A DNA stretch of 64,000 nucleotides from Chiloscyllium plagiosum (lineage: Eukaryota). Below, piece after piece: positions 1 through 12,597 of this stretch. Where the stretch lies: contig NC_057718.1 in assembly GCF_004010195.1 (NCBI RefSeq), positions 21,123,612 to 21,187,611 on the forward strand, read 5' to 3'. Position numbers and translations under genes: made by a program. The stretch's first letter is position 1. Every line of letters begins with the position of its first letter. The notes beneath the pieces were generated by a model. It was not told the origin of the DNA and made no database searches. It worked only from the letters and a program-made list of their open reading frames with translations.

Positions 1-822
1 TTCTGCTTTCTGTCCCTCAAACAACTTCATATCCATAGAAATGTTCCGTTAGTCCCATGGTATTCAACCTTGCTAACTCACTTTTTTGTGTGTTTCTTAT
101 GTAATACGTTTACCTGTTACAGTAATGTGACATTATTCATTTCTATGCTAGTCAAACTTTTATGCCGACAGAATGAGACAGTCAAATTAGTTCTGGTGAT
201 ATAGATTTATGCATGCTTTTTGGGATGAGAGCTACACGAAAATTTCTTTTAATGAGAACCCTTACTGTCAGCGAGATGAGAATTTAACCTCTTAAATCTG
301 AGCTGGATTAGAACCCAAGTTTCAAAGGAGGAAAGATAACCACTATACCACTGGAATCAACCGTAAAGTTGCCTTATCCTCAAGCCAACTAAGTATTGTG
401 GATGTGTCATGAAATTAATTATTTGAAAATCAGCAAGCAGAAGAACCGTCTTAAAAGTAAATAAATGCAATATGTGAACAAGATTCCCCTACAGTAGTAC
501 TCTCTAGTTCACATTGACTTTCCGTGAACTGGACAGCAATACATTTAATTGACTTCCAGCTACTGCGATACCTGCAAGTGAACTTTAATTAACTAAATAA
601 TAATCCTTAAATTAAACAGAGGACAACAAAGTTTCTACACTGTTTCTTGAGTTTATCAAAGTTTATCAAATTATTAAAATAAATAATTAACCAACATTTT
701 TCTGAATGTTGAAAACCATGTCGTCAAAAATTCACAAATGGCAGTTCATATACATGGGGTCAGAAGGTCATCATAATATATGGTTTGAATAGACAATCGA
801 TACTGAAATCTAACAGTTCTAC

Positions 823-1237
823 AAATAAGGTAGATATTTTCTATATCAGCCAGTTCAGGGATATTATTACACACCTCTGGAGTAGGTGGGAGTTGAACCT
901 GAGTCTCCTGGCTCACAGGGAGGGACACCACCACTGATCTCAAGAACGCCTATTTAAATAAGATGGGAGATATTTTCTAAGCAACCTGCTCAGACATGTC
1001 GTGATATACCTCCAGAGCAGATGGAACTTGAATGTGGGCCTCCTGGCTCAGAGATAGGATATCACTGTGCTACAAGAGCCCTATCAAATAAGATGGAACC
1101 TGTTTTTTTCCCTAATCAACCTGTTTAGAGATATTATTACACATCTCTGGAGCAGGTAGGACTTGGACTCAAGCCTCTAGGTCCGGGGTAGGGACACTAC
1201 CACTGTTCCACAAGAGGGCCCTTACATAAGATGGAAC
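823..1237 (-). repeat. Three tandem diverged copies (~130-140 bp) of a short tRNA-derived SINE-like unit
   Basis: Units are separated by aaataagatgg-like spacers near 823, 956, 1086 and 1226. The reverse strand shows A-box-like (tggaacagtgg) and B-box-like (ggttcaactcc / agtccaagtcc) motifs. Dispersed single copies occur at 14813 and 63400. Confidence 0.75.
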
Positions 1238-2014
1238 TAACTGGATATAGATATTTGTACCTGGATCTAACAGATAAAGGCAATGCAATATCTTGAGAAT
1301 GTCCCTACTCCAGAAAGCAAAGTCCAAAGAGATGCTATAAAGCAATTCAGTTTAAAAAATTATTTTAAATGCATTGTAATGATGCAGTTTAAGGCATCAA
1401 CACTATTTTCATAAATTGCTTTTTTTTGTGAAATAAGAACTAATTTTCCCAATGGTGCTTCCTAGTCAGCTTTGAGTCAAACATTCATCTGACCTGAGGT
1501 CATTCCCCAGCTAACAATCCTACTATTTCTGGTTGACAGCCTGATACAAAATTGCCACCTATCTGGTTGTGGGGCTTCTGCATTGAGCTCTGCAATTTAG
1601 AAAATTAACAGTTCTCAAGGAAACCCAAGAATGGAAAATGGGTGCAAATTACTTGAACTAAGGTATTCTAGAGCTACTTGGTTCATAAACCATGGGATCA
1701 CCACATGAAAAAAAATTGTAGTTTGCAGAAAGAATGAGGTATATACATACACACAAGGCACTTGAGTGAAAACAATGACTGCCCTGTCAATCTCTTTAGT
1801 ACTAAATTCATAAAAGAAACATAAGTTCTGCTACAGAAATCATCTGTTTACATCTGTACAAAGGTTTAACAAATTAGGAATGCTCTAACTTTTCTGTAAG
1901 AACAGGTTCGTTAAAAGGATTAATTTATCCATTAACTCAGTGGACTTTTGATAAAAGGCCTAAATTTTCAAACTCTCTGCAGACATATTAAATTAATATA
2001 TTTAGATCTTCTGC

Positions 2015-2212
2015 TGTCATAGAAAATGGTGGAGGCTGGTACAATTACAACATTTAAAAGGTATCTGGATGGGTATATGAATAGGAAGGGTTGATGGATA
2101 TGGGCTAAGCGTTGGCAAATGGGACTAGATTAGGTTAGGATATCTGGTTGGCATGGACGAGTTGGACCGAAAGGTCTGTTTCCGTGCTTTACAGATCTTT
2201 ATGACTCTATCT
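2015..2212 (+). mobile_element. CR1 LINE 3' terminal fragment
   Basis: gtggaggctggtacaattacaacatttaaaagg...ggcatggacgagttggaccgaa..tctgtttcc..tatgactctat is a typical shark CR1 3' end; near copy at 42725-42900. Confidence 0.8.
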
Positions 2213-2250
2213 ACACTACATTTGAGAATTAAAATGTGGCTCAGACTTTA

Positions 2251-2265
2251 CCAGAAGATGGCACT
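2251..2265 (+). promoter_or_regulatory. Candidate CTCF core motif
   Basis: CCAGAAGATGGCACT versus consensus CCASYAGRKGGCRSY (one mismatch), in apparently non-repeat DNA. Motif match only. Confidence 0.3.
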
Positions 2266-3214
2266 ATTGTCCACCTTGTTCATGTTTAGCTCTTAGGAGA
2301 CCATTTGCACCATCGATGACCATGGTGATCCTCAATATTTGCTTACAAAGTCAGTTATAGATTTTTGGAGTTAAAATCATTGTTCGACTAAAGCAGTTAA
2401 TGAACGTAAATTGGAACAAGTTAATACTTCACAATTTTAGAAAGAAAGAACTTCTGTAGGCTCATTTTTAAATCACTGCCACCATCAAGTGTCTTAACAA
2501 CAAAAAATATTTTGCGCACCATGTTAAGGTTCGAAAGAAAAAAAAGTGTATTAGAACTAAAATTCTCACAAACGTAACTATTTACAGAAATTTATCATTT
2601 TTTTTAAAAAAGGTTGTTTAACGTTTGAGTTTTCTGGCTTTGTACAAATGTGAATTAAGTACTCCTTTGTTCCATGCTAAATAGATATCATGACAGTTAT
2701 GGTATTGGCTATTCTACATGTCTCAGATTTCGTGAAGTGTATCAGCAAACTGATTTTTGGACTTCAGCTGGGGGATCAGATTGGTGCATAATTGTCTGAA
2801 GTCAATGTCTGTAAATGTTTTCCATCTAAGGGATGTATTATTGTTCAATATTTCTCCCATGTTCTCTCAGTTACTGCCAGCCACATAAACAAGAATTTGA
2901 GAGATTGCACAAGATGATGAAACTAAGAACAAAAGCAAAATAAAAAGCCCTGAAAAGTTAATCAAACAAATAGTTTGATTGCATCTTGCGTTTTGTAAAA
3001 ATGTCTTTAACCTTTTCAAGCTAAGGTACTGCAACTAATATACATTATAAAATGACTTTGAGAAGCGCTTATAAACTTGGCAGTTTTTTTACTCAAGGGC
3101 GAATTGAAAATCATCACTTCAGGGGAAATAAAAACGTAGATTTACCTCGCACCTATCACAAGGTCAGATTGTTCCAAAGTAATTCACAGCACGCTATACA
3201 TGCACAGTTGTACT

Positions 3215-3430
3215 GTGGCAAAACGCAGCATACAATGCGTTTGTAACAAAATTCTGCAATAAGATAAATGACCAGAAAATCAATTTAAATTATCCAGGAC
3301 AACTCTTGCCTCTGAATAGTGATGTGGTACCTTATACAGTCAGCTGTGAAGACAGATTGTGCAAAGACCAACACTTCCAAAACAGCAGCACTATACCATA
3401 GATGACTTTAAATATTATTATAAAGCTTAG
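3215..3430 (-). mobile_element. Very old Deu-domain SINE remnant
   Basis: Patchy similarity (gataaatgaccaga, gaatagtgatgtgg, aaagaccaacacttccaaaacagcagcact) to the clearer copy at 46110-46400. Confidence 0.4.
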
Positions 3431-4207
3431 TGCAGAGGTTCTTAAAATGGTGGTGAGGGGTGGGATAGGTAGGTACATGATGACATCAACTGCAATTCAC
3501 CAACATGTAACACATACAGTTGTATACATTGTGGCACTGCAACACTTCCTTCAACTAGCTCAGGCTGAGCTTATACTTTGCTGTACACATTCTTGAAAAC
3601 TCAAACCACCCCAACAACAGATTAAGATTGGGGCATCATCAATATTAATCTGTTCTAAGCGGTTGTCTTTTTGGTCCATTATGCCATACAATGTGAACTT
3701 CATTTCTGGGAGTCTTTAGATCACTGTTGCCATGGAAAACTAAATAGAAAGCAGCGCTAACCTCGGACTCTGCTTCCAAAATTGCTGTCATCCTCAAATG
3801 CATCAAACATACTTCCCCGCGCCCAACAAAGCTCAAAAAACCAGAAAATGGCTTATTGCCCTGAATGCAGCACTTCTATATGAGCATTCTATTATTTTTG
3901 TCTTTGCATCCCATGAGACCTTGGGTTCTGGTCAACAGTCCCTTTATAGCAGGAAACAGATGTCAATTGTAGTATCCCAACAATTATCACAGCTCTGATT
4001 AAATTAGTATAGCATTTGAGCTAGAGATTTTCCTGATCTTTATGGGTCACTACCTTAATGGACAGAATACTTAATATCAGGTGGTTACTCACATATTTTC
4101 CAAAAGCAAATTAGACTTCTAAATGCGAAATTTAAACAAAAAAATTGATTGGACTTCTGTATGTTTAGACACATCTTGACAACCAGACATCAGAAATAGA
4201 GACTCAC

Positions 4208-4339
4208 CTTCACATTTCAAGCCCTGTCGTACTAATCCCCATAACATTTCTCCACAGTAGTCACAGAAAGTTGGGGCTTTGTAAGAGTGCACATAAAGGG
4301 CATGTGGTCGGATCTGGAAATCTTCAACAGTAGCTAGTG
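4208..4339 (-). CDS. PRKD3: Internal coding exon (132 nt, phase 1-1) of serine/threonine-protein kinase D3, N-terminal half of the C1a (DAG/phorbol-binding) domain
   Basis: Reverse strand reads ...ttttttgtaaacag|CA CTA GCT ACT GTT GAA GAT...TGT GAA G|gtgagt and translates to (A)[43 protein letters not shown](G). The [18 protein letters not shown] and CDYCG residues match PKD3 as I recall it, not PKD1 (SATFEDF..FVHSYRAPAFCDHC). Polypyrimidine/AG acceptor and GTGAGT donor are canonical. Confidence 0.93.
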
Positions 4340-4749
4340 CTGTTTACAAAAAAGAGAAATGAAAATTAATCTTCTTGAGGAAAAGTGTCTTTTACCATTT
4401 AAAATATTATGAACACGTTTCTTAACTGTGGGATGCTATGTTTCCAAATAAATTGTTACTTATGACAAAATAATGAATTCTAGTCCCTGGGAGTCGAAAA
4501 CAATGTTAGGATTCTATCACTGAGGTCACTTATTTTCTTTATTGCTGTGAACATTCTTCTTGTTCCCATTAGTGACTGAAGTCCTTCCAACTCTCGTCAA
4601 ACCTCTTTTTAAGTACCCAAAAACTTTCCAATCTCCAGATTTATCTAAACTAAAATAATCCAAGAAGAATATCATAACAACAATTTTGAATATTCAAAAT
4701 CAGACACTAAATTTTATAATAGTTTCAAAGAAAGGGGCGCAGGAGATCA

Positions 4750-5075
4750 TGGTATCATAGAATCCCCGCAGTGCAGAAAGAGGCCATTTGACCAATTGAG
4801 TTTGCAATGACTTTCAAATGAACATCCCACCCAACCCAAGCCCCTGCCCTATCCTCATAACTTCATATTTACTATGGCTACTTCTGGCCTGCAATTCTCT
4901 GGACACTATGGGGCAATTTAGCATGGCCAATTCACTTAACTCTGCACATCTTTGGAGTATTGGACTGTGGGAGGAAACCAGAGCACCCAAGGAGGCTGTG
5001 CAAACTCCACACAGTCATCCAAGTTTGGAATTGAACCTGGGTCCCTAGTATTTTGAGGCAGGTGTGCTAATCATT
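4750..5075 (-). mobile_element. HE1-type V-SINE
   Basis: Reverse complement has a tRNA head (ttagcacacctgcctca..gacccaggttcaattcc), the V domain (gtggagtttgca..gtttcctcccacagtcca) and a CR1-like tail. Confidence 0.85.
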
Positions 5076-7039
5076 AGATAAAGTCACAGAGTTACAGTCA
5101 AAAAGAGGAAGGGCTGCAGGTAAACATGACCAGATAAAGAAAAAGAGTGCAAGAAAGCAATCAACATTTAGGCAGACAAAGGGATGGATGATTGCATGAC
5201 AGGAAAAAGACAAATTGACAATAGGGATCATAATTAAGTGAAAATGGGTTGGCTGTTCTAAAAGTCCATGCCATGACAGGGTCTAGCATGTGGGTAAAGA
5301 GATACCGGAGATATGTTTCAGAATATGGCATTAGTTACTAATTACTAGCCACACTTGCAACCAAATATCAAAACTGTTTAAAAAATTAGACCAACGGTTC
5401 TTAAACCATTGTAACACTAAGTGGTAAAATTCCCAATTGCCAACATAAGTTATTTTACAAAATACTGCACAAGAACAATATTTCTTAATTTTGCAACCTT
5501 ATCATAAATTTTGCTTATAACAACATTCACACACAATTAAAATCACTGGCACTGTAAATACAAGTGTTTTTATGAACGACTGATGTTGCTAATTGCTATG
5601 TGACATCATGAAATTAACATGAATTAATCAGCTAATTTGGGGGGAAAATGAAGTCCTTTTCACTTAGATATACAAGTAAAAGATTTTTTAAAATTGCTTA
5701 ATTCACTTAAAGGATTCAATAATTCATGATAAAATACAAGTATATTTTTTCAACACATTTTCGACTCAGGCTCTGCTCTCAATCTACCATCAATAGGCTT
5801 AACTACAGTCCATTGTTATTATACCAGCTGAAGTTATGACTCGACAAGACAGATCCCAGAATGATTTCTGGCCTGAAGTTAACTTAGCAGCCTTTCATTG
5901 AGACATAAACATACAAGGTTGTAGAATCAATTTTAACAATAAAAGAGAAGATGGTCACACAGAAGAGATCAGACTAAAATAAAACAAACCAAGCTGTCTA
6001 AACATAACAGTTCTAAAGATTTCAAAACACAAAATCCTATTTCCAACATCATCACTTTACAGCTAATCGAAAATCAGTGAAATTTCCCTTCTCTGGCCAA
6101 CCTTTATGTTTGACTTACTGCTTTATTTCCCCCCCCCCCCCCCCCCCCAGTTCCTGTCACGAGAGCTGTGAAGCCTTTTCCTCAAATTCTCACATAACTG
6201 AGTAATTGGACTTGCTCAGCTTTGAAAAATCAATGTAGATTTTTAACCAAACGCTCATAGTCTGAAAGTTCCACAAATTATACTCGATCATGATACCTTA
6301 TTTCCTTAGCAGCTGTGAATAATTAATTTGTTTCTAGGAGTGACCAAACTTACTTCTGACTCCAGTCAGGTCTCTTCTGAAATGGTCAAAACTTTCCAAT
6401 CTCTGGATTATACAAAATAAAATTAATCCTCTATTATTCTGAATATAAAAGCAAGCTAGCACCTTAAATTATTTCTTTGTCTGGTGGTAAACCCCTGGAA
6501 TATAACAATATCACTACTCCAGAAGGGGCTTGCTGGTTTAAAATTCCTTTCAAAAAAAGACTAATGACCACATGTCACCAGTTTAACATCAAGATAGAAA
6601 AATGATATTCCCTTGTCACACACCTTTCACCACACTACAGTGACTTAAATGAACAGGTAGTATCACACGAGACTGCATTTAATGGGTCCAGTCAAAGGAA
6701 AGAATATATGCAAAGCAAACTACAGACATGAATATAATTATAAATCCACTGATTTCTTCTCTCAAACTTCAGTTTCAATCCACTAAAAATAACAAAGAGC
6801 ACTGGCATTTGCAGATACGTTTAGGATGGTATTAAGTCAAAGAAAAAATGAACATTGCTACACATATTCATAAGCCTGTTTGGGAGTAATCTAGAAACTA
6901 GCAAAAGGGCACCTCCTTCTGTTCAGCTAATGTAGAGCCAAGTAGAGCAGCATGATACTTCTGACAAGCAGACAAAAGGGCACTAAACTGCACAATGCCT
7001 TTCAACACACCCAGTAAGACCACAAAGGGAAAATATTAA

Positions 7040-8162
7040 AAATGCTGATGTTTGGAAACTGCAATCTTATGATGCAGGTGTGCAAATTTTTTTCAGGCAA
7101 ATGGGATCGAAGGGATCACCAACAAAAAATGTAATTCTCCTGACCACTTGTAGAACCCTTGACTTCCAGCATCATAAAGTGTTTAACCTGTGCAGAAGAT
7201 CCAGAATCAAGATCTCGATGGACTGATAGATATGATAGCAGATCACTATGACACCATGTCATCTGTTGTATTGCAGTGTTTCAGGTTTAACATGGCAAAT
7301 AAACTTCCTGGGGAATGTTACTGAATTCTTGATGAAACTGCAGAAATTGGCAGAACACTGAGTACAGGTCAGCAAATCAGGAAATGTTAAGGGATCACTT
7401 GGTTTGTGAAATTAACAATATTGTGACTTAAATGAAGTGACTCACTAAACCAAACCTGGACCTTAATAAAGCTGTAGAACTGGCCTTCTCCCCTGAAAAT
7501 GCGGAAAAAGGAACTTGGCTGCTTCAGATGTGCATAAACATTACTGTCCTCAGTCTTAGGCAACACGCATATTTCAGAACCAAGTCCCCAGCGGATAATA
7601 CTCACGGCTTCCCTGTGTTGCCAAGGAACAGCAATTGGAGTCAGAGCCCTTAAGGCTCCAGGACTGGACGGGAAGTCTCTTCACAATATAGTGAGGAGCA
7701 TAAACATCTGTGATGCACTTGTTGTGTTAGAGTTCACATACAGTGAACTCCAGACAAGGCTACAAAAGTGAATCATCTATCACCAGGCCGAAGATACACC
7801 CACATTAAAACACAGTCTTGCAAATAAATCAGCCCAAGAATGAGGAATTGATATAGCTAAATTGCATCACTACTCCCAGAGTGGCCCCAATTAAGATAAA
7901 GTCTCAGATACATGGCCATCCCCTAGACATGGAGGTTGACATAAGTGCCACTGTACCTATAGTTAGGAAGAAAGACTATAAGAAACTTTGATGGGGCAGC
8001 TTTAAGCCTGCAAGACACCCAGGCTAGACTGGCCACTTACATTGGGAAGCCCTTACATATAACTGCAATCCAAATTATGCATGGGCAAAGGGCCAGATTC
8101 CACCTGTCCAGAAGGGATTGGCAGCAGAAAATCCACCTGATTGACAACAGATCTTTAAATGG
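7040..8162 (+). mobile_element. Decayed Ty3/Gypsy gag and protease region
   Basis: Broken frames give FF.ANGIEG, LQKLAEH, EMLRDHLVC (gag) and VAPIKIKSQIHGHPLDMEVDISATVPIV (degenerate aspartic protease DTGA motif). Confidence 0.75.
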
Positions 8163-8164
8163 GT

Positions 8165-10052
8165 ACTGATGATTGATTGATTGTCACATGTACCGAGTGA
8201 AAATGTTTTGCGTAATATACAGGCAGATTGTTCCATACAAAATGCATCAGGGTAACAGAACAGAGTGCAGAATACAATGTTACAGCTACAGAGAAGAGAC
8301 AGAGAGAGATCAGAATTAACATTACAGATATCCATTCAAAAGGCTGATAACAGCAGGGAAAAAGCTGTTCAACCACTTTGTAAGTTCAAACTTTTATCTT
8401 CTCGCCAACAGAAGAAGGTGCAAGATCGTATAACCAGGGTGGGAGAGTCTTTGATTATGCTGGATGCTTTCCTGAGGTAGTGGGAAATATAGAATCAACA
8501 GATAGCTATTACATGGGGTTTGTGTAATGGACTGGTCTGTGTTCACAGCTCTCTGTAATTTCTTGCAGTCTTGGAAAGAGCAGTGGCCATACCACACTGT
8601 AATGCATTTGGATAGGATGCTTTCTATCAGGCATCTATAAAAATTGGTAAGAGTCCTTGTGGACATGTCAAATTTCCTTAGCCTCCTGAAGTAGAGGCAT
8701 TGTTGTGCTTTCTCAACCGTTACGTCAACTTGCTTGGACCAGGACAGATTGTTGGTGATCCTCACTCCCAGGACCTTGATGTTCTCAACCAACATTCTCA
8801 CCACAGCACCAGTGATGCAGATGGCAGGAGAATGCCCTCCACTCCACTTCCTAAAGCCAATGACCAGCTCCTTCATTTTGCTAATGCTGATAGAGATATT
8901 ATCGTCTTTATACCATGCTGCTAAGGACTCAGTCACTTTCCTGTATTCTGTCACATTGTTGTCTGCGATTCAATTTACAATAGAGTGGTCGTCAGCAAAC
9001 TTGTAGGAGTTGGTGTGGAGCTTGGCCATACAGTCCTAAGTGTATAAGGAATATAGAAGGGGGCCCAGTACAGCGCCTTGTGGGACACTGGTGTTGTCAC
9101 CTATTCTTACTGATTGCAATCTATGGGTCAGGAAGTCAAGGATTCAGTTACAGAGGGGGCGCGCAGAGGCCTAGGTCTTGGAGCTAAGAAATGTTTGTTT
9201 GGAATTATGGTGCTGAAAGTGGAATCGTAGTCAATAAATAGAATCTTAACATAGGTATCCTTGTTATTCAGATGTTCCAAGGATGAGTGTACAGCCAGGG
9301 AGATGGTGCCTGCTATGGCTCTCTTGAAATAGGAGGTGAATTGCAAAGGATCAAGGCAATTGATGGTAGGGTAGAGTTGACGTAAGCCATGACTAACCTC
9401 TTAAAGCACTTCATAATTATGGGGGTCAGAGCCACTAGGCGGTAGTCATCGAGGGATGCTGCATGATTTTTCTTTTGCATTAGGATGATGGTGATCTTTT
9501 TGAAGCAAATGGGGACTTCAGATCATAGTAAAGAGAGGTTAAAGATGTCTGTGAATACACTTGCCAGCTGATCCGCACAGGATCTGAGTACACAGCCAGT
9601 CGCTTTCCATGGGATCACTCTCAAGAAGGCCAATCTAACATCTGCAATGGTGACTGTGGGTACAAATGCATCAGAGGCTGTTTTAATAGGCGACATTGTC
9701 TCACTGACGTCCTGTTCAAAGAGAGTGTAGAATGCTTGAGGTCATCCAGTAGGGATGTACTGTTGCCCATGATTGTGATCAACTTCACTTTGCAGCCCGT
9801 TGTGTTATGTAAGCTTTGCCACAAATGACTGGTGTCCATGTGTTTGGTCCAAGTCTTAAGCTTAACTATTGCCACTTAGCATTGCTGATGACTTTATAAG
9901 GTTGTACCTGGATTTCTTGTATAGGTCAGGTTTGCTCAACTTGTATGCCTCAAACTTTGACTTCATGTCTCAGATGCACCTGCGCCCACAGTCACCAATG
10001 CAGAAGTTAGGTCAGCCATTTTGAAAGTGAGTCCACAGAAAGTGACTGGCCC
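8165..10052 (-). mobile_element. 5'-truncated Rex1/Babar-type LINE inserted into the Gypsy element
   Basis: ORFs 8394-8954 (AQQCLYFRRLRKFDMSTRTLTNFYRCLIESILSKCITVWYG, the C-terminal domain typical of this clade) and 9128-9346 (YVKILFIDYDSTFSTIIP, RT motif); (atca)n tail near 8168-8182. Confidence 0.85.
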
Positions 10053-10104
10053 AAGCTACCTGAAGTCACTGGGAAGTAGCCCAAAGTGTTCCAAGAGGCT
10101 TTGG

Positions 10105-10741
10105 TGTGACAATACTGTGTCTTTAAGAGATGTATTTTGTCCTAGTTTCTTTTAAGAGAGAGATCGAATAAGAGGTACAAAGAGGTCTGTGGTAATGTAA
10201 ACAGCTTGAGAGACCTTGGGGTTTTGTTAAAAAAACGTTGGAACAATAGAAGCAGCCTGGACAGGTGTGGCTAACTCTCACAGACCAGAATTTCTAGTGT
10301 TTATTTAAGCTTTTAGTTTCAGCGAATGCTGCTGGAGTCTTGAAGAAGTAGATGCTATATTTTCCTCTCTCATGTTTACAGCTAGAAGCTGAGGTTTCTC
10401 TTCCAACTGTGGGTGTTTCATGCGACAAAATGTGCTTTCTAAATTTGCCTTTTTGCCAAGGGGTATGCTTAAGGGATGTTACTATATTGGAACATTAATT
10501 ATTGTTGCTCTATATATTATTCTGTTAAGTTTTCTAACAGAGTTAAATTATTCTAAAGTTCTTCTTTCTTGTGTTATATTTTGACTATAGGGTTTGGATA
10601 AATTGTGTTTTGCTGAACATTGAGTAGTTTGACCAGTCGAATTGCAACTGAAATACATTTGCCTGTAAAATAAAAAAAAGTTAGGATCTCAGCTACTTTC
10701 TCAAAATATTTTGAGCGGGGGTTCCAGTCTGGTCCATAACT
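10105..10741. mobile_element. Solo LTR inserted in Gypsy pol
   Basis: Starts TGTGAC and ends CATAAC(T). Flanks are tttgg / cttgg (imperfect 5-bp TSD). Gypsy pol homology (..VFQE.LG | RIK..) resumes exactly across it. Confidence 0.65.
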
Positions 10742-11353
10742 CTTGGCAGGATAAAAGCCACAAGTGCCAAGATTTATGCAGAACCAGAGGTCCAATCTAA
10801 ATCCTTCAAGTACAACCAGTCTCCTACTTGTAATCCCTCTATGTGCCAAAGTAGAAGCCGAATGGGAATGCCTACAGGAACTAGGTATCATGTGTCCAGC
10901 ACAATTTGCTGAATGGGCCACACCACTAATCCCACTCTTAAAACCTGACAACTCTGTTCATCTCTGTGGGGATTATAAATTGATAGTCAAAACTGCTTCC
11001 CACTTAGACAGATGCCCAATGCCATGAATAGAAGACTTGCATGCAAAGCTGGCTATGGGTCACTTATTTTCCAGGTTGGATATGAACCACACCTACCACC
11101 AACTGGAGTTTGAGGGATCATCCAGGAAGTACGTCAGTATAAATATTAACCAAGGACTGCATGGGTACACTCGCTAGCCTTTTGGTATGTCTTTGGATTG
11201 TGCCATTTTTAAAGGGTGATGGTGAACATCCTCCAAACGGTGCCCAGAGTGACAGTCTTTATGGATTATGTTTTAACCTCAGGAGCTACTGCAAAAGAAT
11301 ATTTGGAGCGCATGGAGGAGGTTTGCACATTTTTCTATGGCTGGCGTTCCTAA
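10742..11353 (+). mobile_element. Gypsy pol, reverse transcriptase N-terminal part (pseudogenised)
   Basis: ORF 10764-11027 contains FAEWATPLIPLLKPDNSVHLCGDYKL, followed by IEDLHAKLA..FSRLDM-like RT sequence. Confidence 0.85.
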
Positions 11354-12597
11354 TGTTACAACATGGAAGTGGAACCCTCTGCTAATTAAAACTAACACCC
11401 TGGAAAAGCTTGCCTCGCCTCAATCTGCCACAAGCATGAGTGACTGAAAGAGAACCTCTGATTTTAAGGATTAAAAAAAAATTTTCTAACCCAAACAATG
11501 ACTTCTGATTTCTAATCATTTCTGATTTTAGTTTTAGCAGGACATGGAGTGGTGCCAGCTACAGATTTGGTATGAATTTCACATAGTAATTTATGAGACC
11601 GAGAAGAGACTTCAACCCTGTACTCAAAGTTCGCTACCTCTTTTACCTGGAGCACCCATTTTTCTCTTTTTAGTGTTACAAAGTTGAAAGAGTGTATAGT
11701 GACTTTCAGAGAGATGCGTTGTCTGAGCTCAGAGTGAACACTAAACAAAAACTATTAACAAATCTGAGCCCCGTTACCTTAACTAATCACTATCTGACCC
11801 CAATTCTATTAAAATGCTGCTCCGATAACACAATTATTCAACATTAAATCAACTTGATCTCTTAAAGTCCATACAGTCTCTTATGCTGTCTTCCTTCTGG
11901 TCTTCCAAATCTGCTGTATCCTTCTGTCCTTCTGATTCTGCTGTCTTCTCTGCGTCAACTTCTTACTTTTTACTGCGAGTATCTTTGTATAAAATTTCTT
12001 GGTACCTTTCATAAATGATGCATTCTGAGATTTCTTTTGAGAGCAAGATGTTTATTTCGTCAGTTTGATAGGCAGTTAGCTCTGACGAATTTTCAAAATG
12101 CCTGCCTTTTTTTATACATCCAACATTGTACCCTCTCATCAGTCTGATGTTGTCAATACAATAAATTCAAATTCAATTGGTTTATGGTATCCTGGGCAAA
12201 AGTGAGGACTGCAGATGCTGGAAACTAGAGTCTAGATTAGAGTGGTGCTGGAAAAGCACAGCAGGCCAGTTAGCATCAGAGGAGCAGGAAAATCGATGTA
12301 AAGGCTTTTGCCCAAAACGTCAATTTCCTGCTTCTTGGATGCTGCCTGACCTGCTGTGCTTTTCCAGCACCACTCTAATCTAGACCTTATGGTATCCTGG
12401 GCATAATTTAAATTAATGGTTAAATTCAAATCTGGTTCCCTTAACATCAAAACACAACTCGAAGCTGCTTGTTACACATTATTAATTCTCAGCACCTGTC
12501 AACTAATCACTGTCACAAGTGATGTCACAATCTCCGAGCTGAGCTCAGACAAGGCACCTCTCTGAAAGTCACCATGCACTCTTTCAACTTTGTAACA
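11354..12597. mobile_element. Solo LTR (TGTTACA...TGTAACA) with 4-bp TSD CTAA, inserted in Gypsy RT
   Basis: CTAA at 11350-11353 and 12598-12601; 7-bp terminal inverted repeats; pol homology continues after 12598 (LKREK.VF..EV..LG.RVD). Confidence 0.75.
12199..12386. mobile_element. Palindromic non-autonomous Penelope-like terminal-repeat element, 17-bp TSD
   Basis: Arms 12230-12298 and ~12318-12385 are reverse complements. TSD ttatggtatcctgggca at 12182-12198 and 12387-12403. Confidence 0.85.

Noticed and set aside
823..1237. CRISPR-like repeat-spacer array
   Set aside because: Eukaryotic DNA; the units are mutually homologous SINE-like copies rather than unique spacers.
3726..3750. RFX-like (gttgccatggaaaac) and MEF2-like (ctaaatag) motifs
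   Set aside because: Both are imperfect matches and cannot be supported without conservation data.
5825..5838. Minus-strand ITSA resembling PKD3 LITSADE
   Set aside because: Flanking residues (SCRV..GIITM) do not match; chance.
6129..6150. C20 tract followed by AG as a plus-strand splice acceptor
   Set aside because: No supported plus-strand gene or coding exon follows; treated as a homopolymer.
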